64,000 nt of DNA from Polyangiaceae bacterium (GCA_044376115.1 JBILLK010000021.1:32001-96000); one strand, 5' to 3'; positions 9,128 through 19,399 are shown, numbered from the stretch's first letter. Notes: generated from the sequence alone by a model not told the origin. A program made the numbers and translations.

Positions 9128-10234
9128 TCAGTTGACCGCTACGCGGAACAACTGCTGGCCCATCAGCAAGATGTCACCGTGGTTGAGAACATGGTCTTTC
9201 TGCAACCGCACGAAGCTCCCGTTGGAGCTCCCGAGATCGGTCACGAAGATCTTGTTGTTCACCAGGTTGATGCGGCAGTGCAGGCCCGAAACGTAGCCGT
9301 CTTCGGGGAAGAGGACGTCACCACGCTCACGACCGAGGTGGATGCCGGCCTCCGGGATGGGATAGGCGTTACCAGTAGTGTCCCGCCCAACGAGCAAGGC
9401 CAAGCGAGCGACGTAGCCCTTGGCCGGGCTGCCCAGCCGCTCCACACCATCGGCGCTCTTGGGCACCGGGTTGAGCGCCTCGACCCGGAGGATCTCCTGG
9501 CCGATGCGGAAGATGTCGCCGTAGGCGAGCTCGATCGGCTCGTCTCGGCCGATCTTGCGATAGACGCCGTTGAGCGAGCTCTCATCCCGAACTACCACCT
9601 GACGACCGCGCGCGGTGAAGGTGGCGTGCTTGGGCGAGAGGTAGCTGTCACCAGCGAACACACCGCCGGAATCACGGCCGATCGTGTTGGGCCCAGCGGA
9701 CATGTGGAACGAGCCCGCCTCGGTGCCGTCTGCGCGGAGGGCCGTCAGCGAGACACCACCAGCGACAGGCGCCGGCAGTTCAATGCCGACGACTGGCGGT
9801 GCCGCTGCGGCTGCTGCGCTGACCGCGATGGCTGGCCCAACCCCGGGCGTAGCCGCTACGCCGGGCGTGGCCGGTGAAGACGGCGATGGCTGCGGCGCAG
9901 GAACGCTGGCCGCCGCCTTCGCGAGCTTGAAGCCGCACGAAGCGCAGAACTTATTCGTCGGCGCGTTGGGGTGGGCGCATTGCGGGCAGACCACCAAGTG
10001 GGCCTCGCTGCCGCCTGTAGCCACCGGCGCTAGACCGGAGGTGGGGAGCCCCTGCGACGTCGACTCATCGGCGATGGCAGAGGGCATCTTGACGGCGGGC
10101 ACGCCTTGCGGAGGCGTGTTGTTGGACGGACCGAACTTCTTGGGCGACGCGTCTCTCGGGAGCTCCGCTCCGCAGCCCAAACAGAACTTGTAGTGGTCCT
10201 GGTTTTCCTTCGTGCACTTCGGACAGATGATCAC
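9128..10234 (-). CDS. zinc-ribbon plus double FHA domain protein
   Basis: CPKC..FCLGCG and CPQC..FCASCG; two FHA domains (IGR..SPKH..SLNG; LGR..SGLH..SSNG). Confidence 0.88.
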   Translation of the reverse strand: MIICPKCTKENQDHYKFCLGCGAELPRDASPKKFGPSNNTPPQGVPAVKMPSAIADESTSQGLPTSGLAPVATGGSEAHLVVCPQCAHPNAPTNKFCASCGFKLAKAAASVPAPQPSPSSPATPGVAATPGVGPAIAVSAAAAAAPPVVGIELPAPVAGGVSLTALRADGTEAGSFHMSAGPNTIGRDSGGVFAGDSYLSPKHATFTARGRQVVVRDESSLNGVYRKIGRDEPIELAYGDIFRIGQEILRVEALNPVPKSADGVERLGSPAKGYVARLALLVGRDTTGNAYPIPEAGIHLGRERGDVLFPEDGYVSGLHCRINLVNNKIFVTDLGSSNGSFVRLQKDHVLNHGDILLMGQQLFRVAVN

Positions 10235-10339
10235 CGGGCTCTCCTCAGGGACGCAGCGGCAGAAGGATAAGCCGGGAAAAGGCGCATTGTCGACTTTACT
10301 CGTCGAGTGGGAAGTTCCATCGAAGTTTTAGCCATGTTC

Positions 10340-10951
10340 CTAGCGAGAAAGGACTGCCAAGGCGTCGCGCAGGAGCTCGGCCATTGGCAGTTGGGTTAGG
10401 TCACGAGACTGCGAAAGGGTGCTGACGGCCCGCTCCGCCTCCGCAGGGCGGAAGCCCATACGCGTGAGCGTGGCCACGAGTTGCTCGGATGCGGGCGTCG
10501 AAGGAGGGGGCCCGACCGGCCCTGGAGCCGCGCGACCGGGCGTGATTTCGAGCTTGCCCTTCAGCTCGAGCACGAGCCGTTCGGCCGTCTTTTTACCGAC
10601 CCCAGGGATGGCCACGAGCTTACCGAGCTCTTGCCGACCGACGGCCTGAGCGAGCTCCTCCACCGTGACCGCCGAGAGCACGGACAACGCCAATTTGGGA
10701 CCAACGTTGGAGATGCCGATCAGCGTGCGAAAGACCTCGCGCTCGGAGCTCGACGAGAAGCCAAACAGCAGGAAGGCGTCCTCTCGAACGTGGGTGTGGA
10801 TGAACAGCGTCAGCACGTCGCTGGCGGCCGTTCTACCTAGCCGACCAAGCGTCCCGAGCGGCACCGTGACCTCGTAACCAACACCGCCGACATCCACCGT
10901 GAGGCCGCCGCCGTCCTCCTCGATCACGCGCCCGGTCAGCCGGCTGATCAA
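10340..10951 (-). CDS. ruvA: Holliday junction branch migration protein RuvA
   Basis: MISRLTG, VGGVGYEV, HTHVRED, NVGPKLAL, IPGVGKKTAERLVLELK. Confidence 0.96.
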   Translation of the reverse strand: MISRLTGRVIEEDGGGLTVDVGGVGYEVTVPLGTLGRLGRTAASDVLTLFIHTHVREDAFLLFGFSSSSEREVFRTLIGISNVGPKLALSVLSAVTVEELAQAVGRQELGKLVAIPGVGKKTAERLVLELKGKLEITPGRAAPGPVGPPPSTPASEQLVATLTRMGFRPAEAERAVSTLSQSRDLTQLPMAELLRDALAVLSR

Positions 10952-11589
10952 TTGTTTTTTGCTCCTTGGAGGATCCAGGTGCGGACGACGTCACGCGTTG
11001 CGCGGTCGAGCACGCCGGAACCCTGCGGCATCGGCTGGAGGCAATCTCCGTCGTTGCACTCGAGCGCGGAGCACGAAAGGTCCCCATCCATCTTGTTCAT
11101 CAGGAAGCTCGTTTCAGGCTTCTCAGGGTCCACGAGCTTGCGCGTGGGAGCCAGGAACGAATCGGCGCCGACGATGGTGCTGAAGATGAGGTCGATGTCA
11201 CTGGGCGTGGTTTCGGGGTTCACTTCGCCGAGGTAGGGCTTGTACCCGTCGGGCCCGACCGGACTTTGGGGGTTGCCGTGACAAGCCGAGGAGAGCGAAC
11301 ACGACTGCTCGAAGATGGGCAGAACCTCGGCGGAGAAGGAGACCTCCGCGCTGGGTGCCTCGAAGCAGGCGTAGTCGAAACACTTGTCTGCGCCGAGCTC
11401 CTCGCAACCGCCCCCCGAGCCTCCCGAGCCGTCGTCGGAACAGCCGGCCGCGGGCGTTAGCAGCGCCGAAAACGCGGCCAAAGGGAGGCCGAGCAGGTAG
11501 AGCCAGCGCCACGAGCGAGCGTTGAGAGTGGCATTCCGTCCAGGGTGGTCGAAGAGAACGTACTTCACGCCGGGCACATTACCACGCAC
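10948..11589 (-). CDS. hypothetical lipoprotein, possible c-type cytochrome-like domain
   Basis: AAGC lipobox; VLPIFEQSCSLSSACHG..P..S.L..K..MP..WILQGA pattern; true start probably downstream of 11589. Confidence 0.55.
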   Translation of the reverse strand: MRGNVPGVKYVLFDHPGRNATLNARSWRWLYLLGLPLAAFSALLTPAAGCSDDGSGGSGGGCEELGADKCFDYACFEAPSAEVSFSAEVLPIFEQSCSLSSACHGNPQSPVGPDGYKPYLGEVNPETTPSDIDLIFSTIVGADSFLAPTRKLVDPEKPETSFLMNKMDGDLSCSALECNDGDCLQPMPQGSGVLDRATRDVVRTWILQGAKNN

Positions 11590-11650
11590 TCCGCGGCCTC
11601 CAATCGGGGCTTTTTTGGCCGTACCTGCAGTCCGCAGGTACGCTCTCCCT

Positions 11651-12412
11651 GTGCAACTGGACCAGAGCCGGCTCTTGCCCCGAACAGAGGAGCTTTCTCC
11701 TTTGATTTGCCGCTATTGGCTGGGGCTGGGGCTGTGCTTGGTTACCGGTTGCGCCTCCAACGCCGGCCTGGAGCGGGACCTCAACTCGCTGCGCACCGAG
11801 ATGGCCTCCTTGCGGGCACGCGAAGGCGCGCTCAGCGAAAGGCTCGAAGCGCTCGAGCGGGCGCAAAACGGCAAGGCGCTGGTCGCCAGCACGACCACGA
11901 ACGAGACCAGCGACGAGCGCCCCGAATTGAAGGTGGTTCGGCTCAAACCGCCGGCGTCCGAACAGGAAGACCCGCTAGCTTCCGAGACGCGCATCCGAAT
12001 CCGTTCGACCAACGCTGGCTTGGTCGAGGAGGAAACCACCGGCCCGGCCAAAGAGGCCTCCGGCGCCGAATTCAAGTTGGGCAAGTCGCTGTTCGAGAAG
12101 AAGTCGTGGGACGGCGCGATCGCCGCCTTCACGACCTTCATTGCGCAAAACCCACGCGACCCCAACCTCGCCGAAGCCACGCACCTGCGAGCGATGGCTT
12201 ACTCGGTCAAGAACGATCCCTCGCGCGCCGCCGAGCAATTCGAGGCGGTGGTGGAGTCCTACCCCGACAGCCCCTTCGCTCCAGACGCCTTGCTGGAGCT
12301 CGCGCGCGTGCGCGAAAAGCTGGGTGACAAGGCGGCGGCTGACCGCGCCCGCACGCGTCTGAAGTCCGACTATCCGAAAAGCGCTGCTGCAAAAAAGCTG
12401 GAAAAACGGTGA
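11651..12412 (+). CDS. TPR lipoprotein, YbgF/CpoB-like
   Basis: VTGC lipobox, coiled coil, TPRs with YPDSPFAPDALL..YPKSAAA; TACGCT -10 lies 6 nt before the GTG. Confidence 0.75.
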   Translation: MQLDQSRLLPRTEELSPLICRYWLGLGLCLVTGCASNAGLERDLNSLRTEMASLRAREGALSERLEALERAQNGKALVASTTTNETSDERPELKVVRLKPPASEQEDPLASETRIRIRSTNAGLVEEETTGPAKEASGAEFKLGKSLFEKKSWDGAIAAFTTFIAQNPRDPNLAEATHLRAMAYSVKNDPSRAAEQFEAVVESYPDSPFAPDALLELARVREKLGDKAAADRARTRLKSDYPKSAAAKKLEKR

Positions 12413-12416
12413 ATCG

Positions 12417-13706
12417 ATGAAGTCTCTCACGCTCTCTGCCCTGACCACCCTTGCCCTCGTCTCGACCGTAAGCGCCGAAGCGCTGGCCCAAGAGGAGGCC
12501 GGTCCGACCAGCAACCCGGGAGGGGATTCCTCGTTCATGCAGGTCGCGCCGCCTTCGGTGACCACCACCTTCAGCCGCGACAGCGGACCGCCGGTCGACT
12601 CGTACCTTCCCTCGGGGTCGCAATCGCTCACCGACGTCAACGCGACCAAGAGCACCTTCGATCTCAACCGCGGGGACGGCGCCACGCTCTCCTCCAAAGG
12701 CGACCCGAAGGGCCAGTTCATCGTCGAGGGCAGCGGCGTGCCGTCGGCGCATACCGTCAAGCGCGGCGATACGCTTTGGGCGATCAGCGGCCAGTACTAC
12801 AAGAACCCCTACAACTGGCCGCGGCTCTGGTCGCAGAACCCTCAGATCCTCAACCCGCACTGGATCTACCCCGGCGACCGACTGCGACTGCGCAGCGACG
12901 AACGTGGCTCGATTCGCCCGCGGACCGTGCCGGAGCAGACCGTCTTCCTCCGCAACTACGGTTGGGTCGACGACCCCGAACGAGACGCCATGGGCGAGCT
13001 CGTCGGTGGGCCCGATGAGAATCAGATGTTGTCCTACGGGGACGACGCGTACATCGAGCTCGACGAAGAGAAGCACAAGGACATGAAGATCGAGCTCGGC
13101 CAGGAGCTGCAGCTTTATCGCGAGGTCCGCACGATGAGTGGAGAAGACGCTGACCAAAGCGGCGAACTCGTGGAAGTGCTCGGTACCGTGCGCGTCGACC
13201 GCTACAACCCGAAGACGCGCATGATCCGCGCACACATCGTCGAGGCCCTCGACGTGATCGAGCGTGGCGTGTTGGTCGGGCCGGTACCGCGCAAGTTCTT
13301 GATCGTACCCCCGGCGCAGAACGAGGAGTACCAAGAGGCGCACATCCTCACCGCCCTTTATCCGCATCAGTTCTTTGGTCAGCACCAAGTGCTGTTCCTC
13401 GATCGCGGGTCCAAGCAGGGCGTCAAGCCGGGCAATCGCTTCATCGCCGTCCGGCGCGGGGATTTGTGGGTGGATTCGCTCGACATCGGCGGCTACGGCG
13501 CGACCATTCGCGCCGCCACCGAGGACGACCGCGACGGTCAGATCGAGGACCTCAAGACCGATGGCCCCGACGACAAGTACCCCAATGAAACCTACGGTGA
13601 AGTCCGCGTGCTCGAGGTGCGCGAGAACAGCTGCATGGCCGTCGTGATCGAGTCCTCGATCGAGATGGAACGCGACACCATCCTGGTGATGAAGAAGGGT
13701 TACTAG
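12417..13706 (+). CDS. LysM peptidoglycan-binding protein (TsaP-like)
   Basis: signal peptide; HTVKRGDTLWAISGQYYKNPYNWPRLWSQNPQILNPHWIYPGD. Confidence 0.88.
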   Translation: MKSLTLSALTTLALVSTVSAEALAQEEAGPTSNPGGDSSFMQVAPPSVTTTFSRDSGPPVDSYLPSGSQSLTDVNATKSTFDLNRGDGATLSSKGDPKGQFIVEGSGVPSAHTVKRGDTLWAISGQYYKNPYNWPRLWSQNPQILNPHWIYPGDRLRLRSDERGSIRPRTVPEQTVFLRNYGWVDDPERDAMGELVGGPDENQMLSYGDDAYIELDEEKHKDMKIELGQELQLYREVRTMSGEDADQSGELVEVLGTVRVDRYNPKTRMIRAHIVEALDVIERGVLVGPVPRKFLIVPPAQNEEYQEAHILTALYPHQFFGQHQVLFLDRGSKQGVKPGNRFIAVRRGDLWVDSLDIGGYGATIRAATEDDRDGQIEDLKTDGPDDKYPNETYGEVRVLEVRENSCMAVVIESSIEMERDTILVMKKGY

Positions 13707-13733
13707 GCGAGCAAACTAAGAGGGCGACGGGCG

Positions 13734-15224
13734 CTAGCCCTCGCCCTTCCGTAGTTCTTGCTTGAGCACCTTGCCCATCGCGTTGCGGGGTAACTCGTTC
13801 ACGACGCGGATCTCTTTGGGCAGCTTGAATGGTGAGAGCCTTTCGCGCAGGAAGCTCTTCAGCCAAGCAGCGGGCTCGGTTTCGGCGGCCGCGCCAACCG
13901 AGCCGGCGTCGACGACTTCACTCGCTGGCCTTCGAAGCACGATGATGGCGACGATCTTGTCGCCCCACACGGGATCGGGAACGCCGATCACGGCGGCCTC
14001 CGCGACTTCGGGGTGCTCGCGGCAGGCCTCCTCGATTTCGAGCGCCGATACCTTCTCACCGCCGGTCTTGAGGATGTCGCTGCTGGCCCGACCAAGGATG
14101 GTGAAGCCGCCCTCGGCGGAGCGACGCACGACGTCGCCGGTCTGGAAGTAGCCGTCGGCGGTGAGCGGCTTTTGCAACACGCCGCCGCTCAAATAGCCGG
14201 CGAACAGCATCGGGCCGCGCACCCAAAGCTCACCGGCGTCCTCGGTGTCTCGGCCTTGCTCATCGACCACGCGCAGCTCCACCGAAGCCAGCGGCTGACC
14301 TACCTGCCCCGGTCGACGCAGCTCGGGCGCGAGCGGGTTCGACAAAGCGATGCCGATCTCGGTCATGCCGTAACGCTCGAGCGGAAGGGCGCCGGCGAAG
14401 CGGCGCCATTCCGCTGCGAGCGTGGCCGAGAGGGCCGCGGACCCGCTGGTGGCGAGTCGGAGCGCGCGCGCTCCGCGCGCGAGCTCCGGCTCGCCACCGA
14501 GCAGCTCCACGAAGCGTTGGTACATGGTGGGAACGCCCATGAACACGCTGCAACGCTCGAGCTCGACGAGCACGCTGCGGGCCTCGAAGCGGCGAAAGAG
14601 CCGCACCGAGGCGCCGGCCGAAAGAGCGGTCAAGAGCGCCACCACCACGCCGTGCAAATGATGAAACGGCAAGGCACAGGCGAGCACGTCGTCGGCGTGA
14701 AAGCCCCAGTGGTCGCGCAGGGCGCTCGTCTGCGCAAACAGGTTGCCGTGGCTGAGCACCGCGGCCTTCGGTTTGCCGGTGGTGCCCGAGGTAAAGAGCA
14801 CCAAGGCGGGGTCCTCGTCGGAGAGCGCCAACGCGCTGGGGGCGCTCGTGACTGAAGGCGTTTCGCGCCAGGCTTCGAGCGCCTCAGGCTCGATCAAAGC
14901 CCGCAGTTTCTCGCAGTGGTCCTGATCGCCGAGGGCGCGCGTAACGTTGGCCTGCGCAAAAATATGTTCAAGTTCGCGCGCCGTTGCTCCCAGCGGAATG
15001 GGCACCGCGACCGCGCCCGAACATAGCAGGGAGAGGAAGGCCTCCACCCAAGCGAGGCCGGGGTGCGCCATCAACGCGACAGCTTGACCACGCAACGCCG
15101 GCCGTTGTTTTGCGTTCGTGAGCAGCTGCGACAACGTGCAGGCCGTGCTCGTCGCCAACTCCACGAGCTGCGAATCGCTCGCCCCCATCACGGCCTCGAG
15201 TCGGGACACCAAGGATGAAGCCAT
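13734..15224 (-). CDS. acyl-CoA synthetase (MatB/ACSF3 malonyl-CoA ligase-like)
   Basis: FTSGTTGKPK, ERYGMTE, TGD, KTGGEKVSALEIE, PRNAMGKV. Confidence 0.9.
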   Translation of the reverse strand: MASSLVSRLEAVMGASDSQLVELATSTACTLSQLLTNAKQRPALRGQAVALMAHPGLAWVEAFLSLLCSGAVAVPIPLGATARELEHIFAQANVTRALGDQDHCEKLRALIEPEALEAWRETPSVTSAPSALALSDEDPALVLFTSGTTGKPKAAVLSHGNLFAQTSALRDHWGFHADDVLACALPFHHLHGVVVALLTALSAGASVRLFRRFEARSVLVELERCSVFMGVPTMYQRFVELLGGEPELARGARALRLATSGSAALSATLAAEWRRFAGALPLERYGMTEIGIALSNPLAPELRRPGQVGQPLASVELRVVDEQGRDTEDAGELWVRGPMLFAGYLSGGVLQKPLTADGYFQTGDVVRRSAEGGFTILGRASSDILKTGGEKVSALEIEEACREHPEVAEAAVIGVPDPVWGDKIVAIIVLRRPASEVVDAGSVGAAAETEPAAWLKSFLRERLSPFKLPKEIRVVNELPRNAMGKVLKQELRKGEG

Positions 15225-15273
15225 CGGGGTCAGGAAGTACCACGCGCAATCCGGGAACGACTAGACTCCTCGC

Positions 15274-16029
15274 ATGCGCGTTACCGTCCTGGTTACTGGC
15301 TTGGTTTTGAGTTTGGCCGCTTGCGGAGACGAGAAGCCCGCGGCTGGCTCCGCCTCGGCGGCCGCTGCCTCCGCCAAACCGAGCGCAGCCGCGCCCACCT
15401 CGGCCAAGAAGCCCGACGGCATGCCGCCGGTCACCGTCGACGAGATGGGACCGTTCATCAACGGCCAGCGCGCGGTGATGAAGGAAGCGGGCGGCCCCGA
15501 GAAGCTGAAGAAGATCGTCGCTGAGTTGCCCATCAACGGCAAAGAGGTCGAGCTCGCGGTGTTGAAGAAGGCCAAGCTGAGCGACGTTACGGCGGTGGTT
15601 CGCGAGCTCGGGCTGGCCGGCGCTCCCACCGTCAAAGTGAAGGCCGACAGCCGCGGCGACCTGCCGAAGGAGCTCGTAGTAACGCCGCAAAACAAGCTCG
15701 CCGGCGCGCCCGCGGGCTGTTCGGTGGTGGCCTTCATCACCGGCAAGTTCGAGACCGACGTGTGGTCGATCAGCGGTGGAGTGGCGAAGAAGCACGTGAA
15801 GGGCTTCGCCGGGCCGGACCTTTCGAACGCTGGGGAGAGCCTGAAGAAGGAGCTCAAGAAGTGCGACTCGAAGCAGGCGTTCTTCACCGCCGATGACGGC
15901 CTCGATTGGGAGATCGCGCATCTCGCCGGCGGGGCCATCCGCGTGAACGACGAGGACAAAAAGATCGAGAGCCTCGTGCTGCTGGACGAGGCTCCCGTTC
16001 CCGGTCGGGCCGTCAAACTAGCGCAGTGA
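15274..16029 (+). CDS. hypothetical lipoprotein
   Basis: LAAC lipobox, Ala/Ser linker; TAGACT -10 lies 6 nt before the ATG. Confidence 0.7.
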   Translation: MRVTVLVTGLVLSLAACGDEKPAAGSASAAAASAKPSAAAPTSAKKPDGMPPVTVDEMGPFINGQRAVMKEAGGPEKLKKIVAELPINGKEVELAVLKKAKLSDVTAVVRELGLAGAPTVKVKADSRGDLPKELVVTPQNKLAGAPAGCSVVAFITGKFETDVWSISGGVAKKHVKGFAGPDLSNAGESLKKELKKCDSKQAFFTADDGLDWEIAHLAGGAIRVNDEDKKIESLVLLDEAPVPGRAVKLAQ

Positions 16030-16057
16030 CTAGCCGGGTGACCGGAGGAGTGACGCA

Positions 16058-16084
16058 GGGACCGGAGCCGAAGCGCCCGGTCCC
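16058..16084. terminator. GC-rich hairpin between convergent genes
   Basis: GGGACCGG-N11-CCGGTCCC; no U-tract. Confidence 0.35.
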
Positions 16085-16092
16085 CGACGCCG

Positions 16093-17679
16093 CTACTTCT
16101 TGCCGCCGAAGGCCTGGCACTCGGCGACGCTGCCGCCTTTGCCTTGGCGTACGCAGTCGTTGAAGGCCTCTTTGGCCTCCTTCATCTGGCCCATGCTCAT
16201 GTAGGCCGAGCCGATGTAGAGGTGCATCAAAGCGTCGGTCGGGTCGCTGGCGATCACTTGCTTGGCGAGCTCGATCGTCAGCTTGTTATCCCCGCGATTG
16301 ATGGCCTGCGTGGCCTTCTTCTTGAGCTCTTTGATCTCGTCGGCGGAGAGCGTGCCGGAGGCCTTCTTTTCCTCTTCGGCCTTCTTCTCTTCTTCAGCCT
16401 TCTTGTCGGCGGCGGCTTTGTCCTCTTCGGCCTTTTTATCGGCGGCGGCCTTATCAGCGGCCGCTTTGTCGGTCGCTGCGCTGTCCGCGGCGGCCTTGTC
16501 TGCGGCGGCCTTGTCGTCGGCGGCCGTCTTCACGTCGGCCTCGCCGGCGGGCGCGGTAGCAGGCTTCTCAGCTTCGGTAGCGGCCGCAGGGATGGGCGTG
16601 TGCGCACCGGCGTTGCCACTCGAGAAGAGCGCGCGGCCAATGCCGAAGAGTGCGATCAGGGCCGCGCCAGCAACCACACCGCCGACGATCTTTCGGGCGG
16701 TCTGCTTGCGCGCGATGATCTCCTTCGACATCGGCGGGGGCTTGTGGCCGTCGTGGTCGTCGTGATCATCGTCATGCTCGGCGTGAACCGGCGGCGGCTC
16801 AGCCGAAAAGAAGTCGAGCCCGGAGAACTCTTCGTCGTTGGCGAGCATGGCGCGGTAGTGACCGCTCTCATTGAGCGACTTGTGGCGCGCGGACTCCGAG
16901 AGCGACTTGTGCTTGCCCGTCTCCCCGAGCGATTTGTGTTTGCCCGATTCACTGAGCGACTCTTCGGCCGATTTGCTCGGCTGCTTGTCGGAGATCTTTA
17001 CCGCCTCGGCGGGCTTGGCTTCTGCCTTGGCTTCTGCCTTGGCGGCGACCGCAGGCGCAGCAGCCGCGGGCGCAGGCGCAGAGGCGCGAGCCGGCTCGGG
17101 CATCGAGTTGCGGTTCTTCTTCTTTTTCTTTTTGCCGCCACCTTGGTTCGGCGGGTTCACCGACGCAGCCACCACCGGCGCCGAAATCGCAGCAACCACG
17201 GCGGGCGGTGCTGCGCTCTCCTCCACCTCGGGCGGTGCTGCGCTCTCAGCGACCTCGGCGGGGGCCGGCGTCTCGGTTGCGGCAGCCTCGACGGGCGCCG
17301 GAGTCTCGGTTGCGGCGGCCTCGACGACGGGCGGAGCAGCGCTCTCTTCCGGCGCGCTCTCTTCGGGCGTGGTTGCAGCCTCTGCTACCACCGGCGGGGC
17401 GGCCGATTCTTCCTCCTCCACCGGGGGCGGCGCTGCCGACTCTTCAGCTTCGGAGGCGGCTACGCTCTTGGGCGTGCCGTCCCGCAGCGAGCGCGGCGCA
17501 ACCTCAGCGACGGTGACCCGATCATGGGCCGAAAGCTCCTCTGATTCGGCGGCCTCCGACGGCGCTTGGCTTTCCTCAACCTCCGGCGGTGCGGCGGAGG
17601 CGGACTTTGCCCGCTCGGATCGCGGTCGCAAAAGGCGACCTTTGCTTGAAGGCCTGACGGAGCGGAACCGAGTGGACAT
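16093..17679 (-). CDS. membrane protein with low-complexity repeats and C-terminal TPR
   Basis: ESAAPP, HKSLSE and DKAAA repeats, one TM segment, TPR-like C-terminus with paired Cys. Confidence 0.7.
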   Translation of the reverse strand: MSTRFRSVRPSSKGRLLRPRSERAKSASAAPPEVEESQAPSEAAESEELSAHDRVTVAEVAPRSLRDGTPKSVAASEAEESAAPPPVEEEESAAPPVVAEAATTPEESAPEESAAPPVVEAAATETPAPVEAAATETPAPAEVAESAAPPEVEESAAPPAVVAAISAPVVAASVNPPNQGGGKKKKKKNRNSMPEPARASAPAPAAAAPAVAAKAEAKAEAKPAEAVKISDKQPSKSAEESLSESGKHKSLGETGKHKSLSESARHKSLNESGHYRAMLANDEEFSGLDFFSAEPPPVHAEHDDDHDDHDGHKPPPMSKEIIARKQTARKIVGGVVAGAALIALFGIGRALFSSGNAGAHTPIPAAATEAEKPATAPAGEADVKTAADDKAAADKAAADSAATDKAAADKAAADKKAEEDKAAADKKAEEEKKAEEEKKASGTLSADEIKELKKKATQAINRGDNKLTIELAKQVIASDPTDALMHLYIGSAYMSMGQMKEAKEAFNDCVRQGKGGSVAECQAFGGKK

Positions 17680-17831
17680 GACGAGAAGACCTCCGTTATC
17701 GGACTGACGCGCATTGAGCGACGCGCCTACCGACATTCACTTTTTGTGCCGCAGAGAAGCTAGCGCGAACGACCGAAAAGCTAGCGGACATCAGAACAGG
17801 CTAGGCGAGACCTGGCCACATCATTTTTCAG

Positions 17832-18000
17832 CCGGAGGTCGGCCGAAGCCCCGGGCGATCGAGTCATCTCCGCATTCGCTCGATTTGATCGGTTGGATTC
17901 AAGCCCAAGCCAGGAATTGCCCGGAAGGGTGAGCCAGGCTGTGCCGGAACAGGACGAAACCATGCCGATGGTGTCCGCCGTACACGGGGGCACCACACGG
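17832..18000. ncRNA. candidate 6S-like structured RNA
   Basis: intergenic; nested complementarity GCCCCG/CGGGGGC, ATCGG/CCGAT, TGG/CCA, GCCYGG/CCRGGC gives a long rod with internal bubbles; strand not resolved. Confidence 0.35.
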
Positions 18001-18015
18001 TGAGCGCTGTCCACC

Positions 18016-18771
18016 TCAGCTCGAGGTCCGCTTCAACAGCGAACGCCAGGGCGTGCCGATGGCGCACAGCAATGGGACGATCAAAGCGCTTTGGAGGGTC
18101 ACCATCGTTAGCAGCATCAAGAGCAGGTAGGCCTTCCCTTGGGGCGGCGTTTGCTCCATGGTTTCGGCGATCTCTTTGGGGCCACCGAGTTTGACGTCGG
18201 GCGACGAGGCGAGCAGCCCACGCAGCGCTCGGAGCTGTGCGCTCACGAATGAGGCGCCGTGGGAAACGGCCTCGCTAAAGTTCGCGTTGCGGGTGGCGGC
18301 GCGAACGCCGAGCAGGCCGTTGCGATGCTTGATCTCGACGGTGCGGCGGACGCCGTCGCGCTCCACCTCGACCGCGAGGGAGGCTTGCTTCGCAGCGCCG
18401 CGTGCGACCTCGACGCGCAGCTCTTCAAAGGTTGTGATCGGCGTTCCTTCGATCGCGACCACGCGGTCTCCGGGCAGCAAACCTGCAGCTGCAGCCGCAC
18501 CGTCAGGGGTTGGGTTCACCAGGTTCTCGGTGGTCGCGACGGGCGTTGAGAAGCCCAAGAGCAGGAGCAAGGCGGACACGAGCAGCGCGTCGAGCAGCAG
18601 CGGAACGGCGAAAGTCCCGAGGCGACGTTGCCAGCTGAGGTTGCGCCACGTGGCGCCGTCGATGCGGAGCTGCTTGAGCGGTACGCCCGCGCCTCGCAGC
18701 ACGAAGTGGCGTCCAAACAGCGTCGCCGCCAGATGAGGCAGCAACGCCAAGAGAAGCAATAGTTGACTCAT
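18016..18771 (-). CDS. RseP-like PDZ membrane protein lacking catalytic motifs
   Basis: AAAAGLLPGDRVVAIEG PDZ and LGGPKEIA resemble RseP; no HExxH or LDG motif. Confidence 0.6.
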   Translation of the reverse strand: MSQLLLLLALLPHLAATLFGRHFVLRGAGVPLKQLRIDGATWRNLSWQRRLGTFAVPLLLDALLVSALLLLLGFSTPVATTENLVNPTPDGAAAAAGLLPGDRVVAIEGTPITTFEELRVEVARGAAKQASLAVEVERDGVRRTVEIKHRNGLLGVRAATRNANFSEAVSHGASFVSAQLRALRGLLASSPDVKLGGPKEIAETMEQTPPQGKAYLLLMLLTMVTLQSALIVPLLCAIGTPWRSLLKRTSS

Positions 18772-18811
18772 CGAACCGACCTCGTCGCAGAAATAGAACG
18801 TTTCACCGGAC

Positions 18812-19399
18812 TCAATGCAGGATTGGCTGCGCAGGTTCGGCGCTTTCGTTGAAGTAGCCGCGCAAGTACGCGTAGGCGGCCCCTGTTCGGGCGTGGGCCT
18901 CGGCGTGTTTACGCCAATCGGACATGGGCTCGCGCGAGCGAGGCAGGCCCCATGCGCCGAAGATGACGAACAGTCTGCACAAGGTCGCTTCGACATCGAC
19001 GAGCGCTCGAAAACATTGATCGAGCGAGGGCGGCCGGCGGGCGAGGAACAGCGCGACAGCGCTCTCGATCGTTTTGGCGTGGTTCGGGTCGACGGCGCGG
19101 ACCAGCTGCAGCGATTGCAGTAGCTCGGCGGCGAGGGCTCGGCCGTCGTCCGGGAGCAACATCCGCGCGCCGGCGGCGAGCGAGCGCGAGAACTTCTTGT
19201 TCGCACCGCTGCGCTCGAGCAGCAGCCGGAGCGCGCTGTCCAACGTGGTGGGGCTCGTGCGCACGAGCTCCATCACCTCGGCCGAGGCCTCATGCTGCAA
19301 GGCGTTGACCGTGGTTTGGATGTCGTTCCAGGTAATCGGCCCGTGGCCTACGTCCAAGATGCTCCAGTACAGCTCAGCGATCATGCGTTGACGTTCCAT
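18812..19399 (-). CDS. hypothetical protein
   Basis: 195-aa ORF with GAGGGA SD; no recognised motif. Confidence 0.5.
   Translation of the reverse strand: MERQRMIAELYWSILDVGHGPITWNDIQTTVNALQHEASAEVMELVRTSPTTLDSALRLLLERSGANKKFSRSLAAGARMLLPDDGRALAAELLQSLQLVRAVDPNHAKTIESAVALFLARRPPSLDQCFRALVDVEATLCRLFVIFGAWGLPRSREPMSDWRKHAEAHARTGAAYAYLRGYFNESAEPAQPILH

Noticed and set aside
16420..17600. Short tandem repeats as a separate element
   Set aside because: They are explained by low-complexity protein repeats inside the 16093-17679 CDS.
17905..17945. SRP (4.5S) RNA
   Set aside because: CCC-GGAA-GGG is present, but the conserved CAGG/AGCA symmetric loop spacing is not met.
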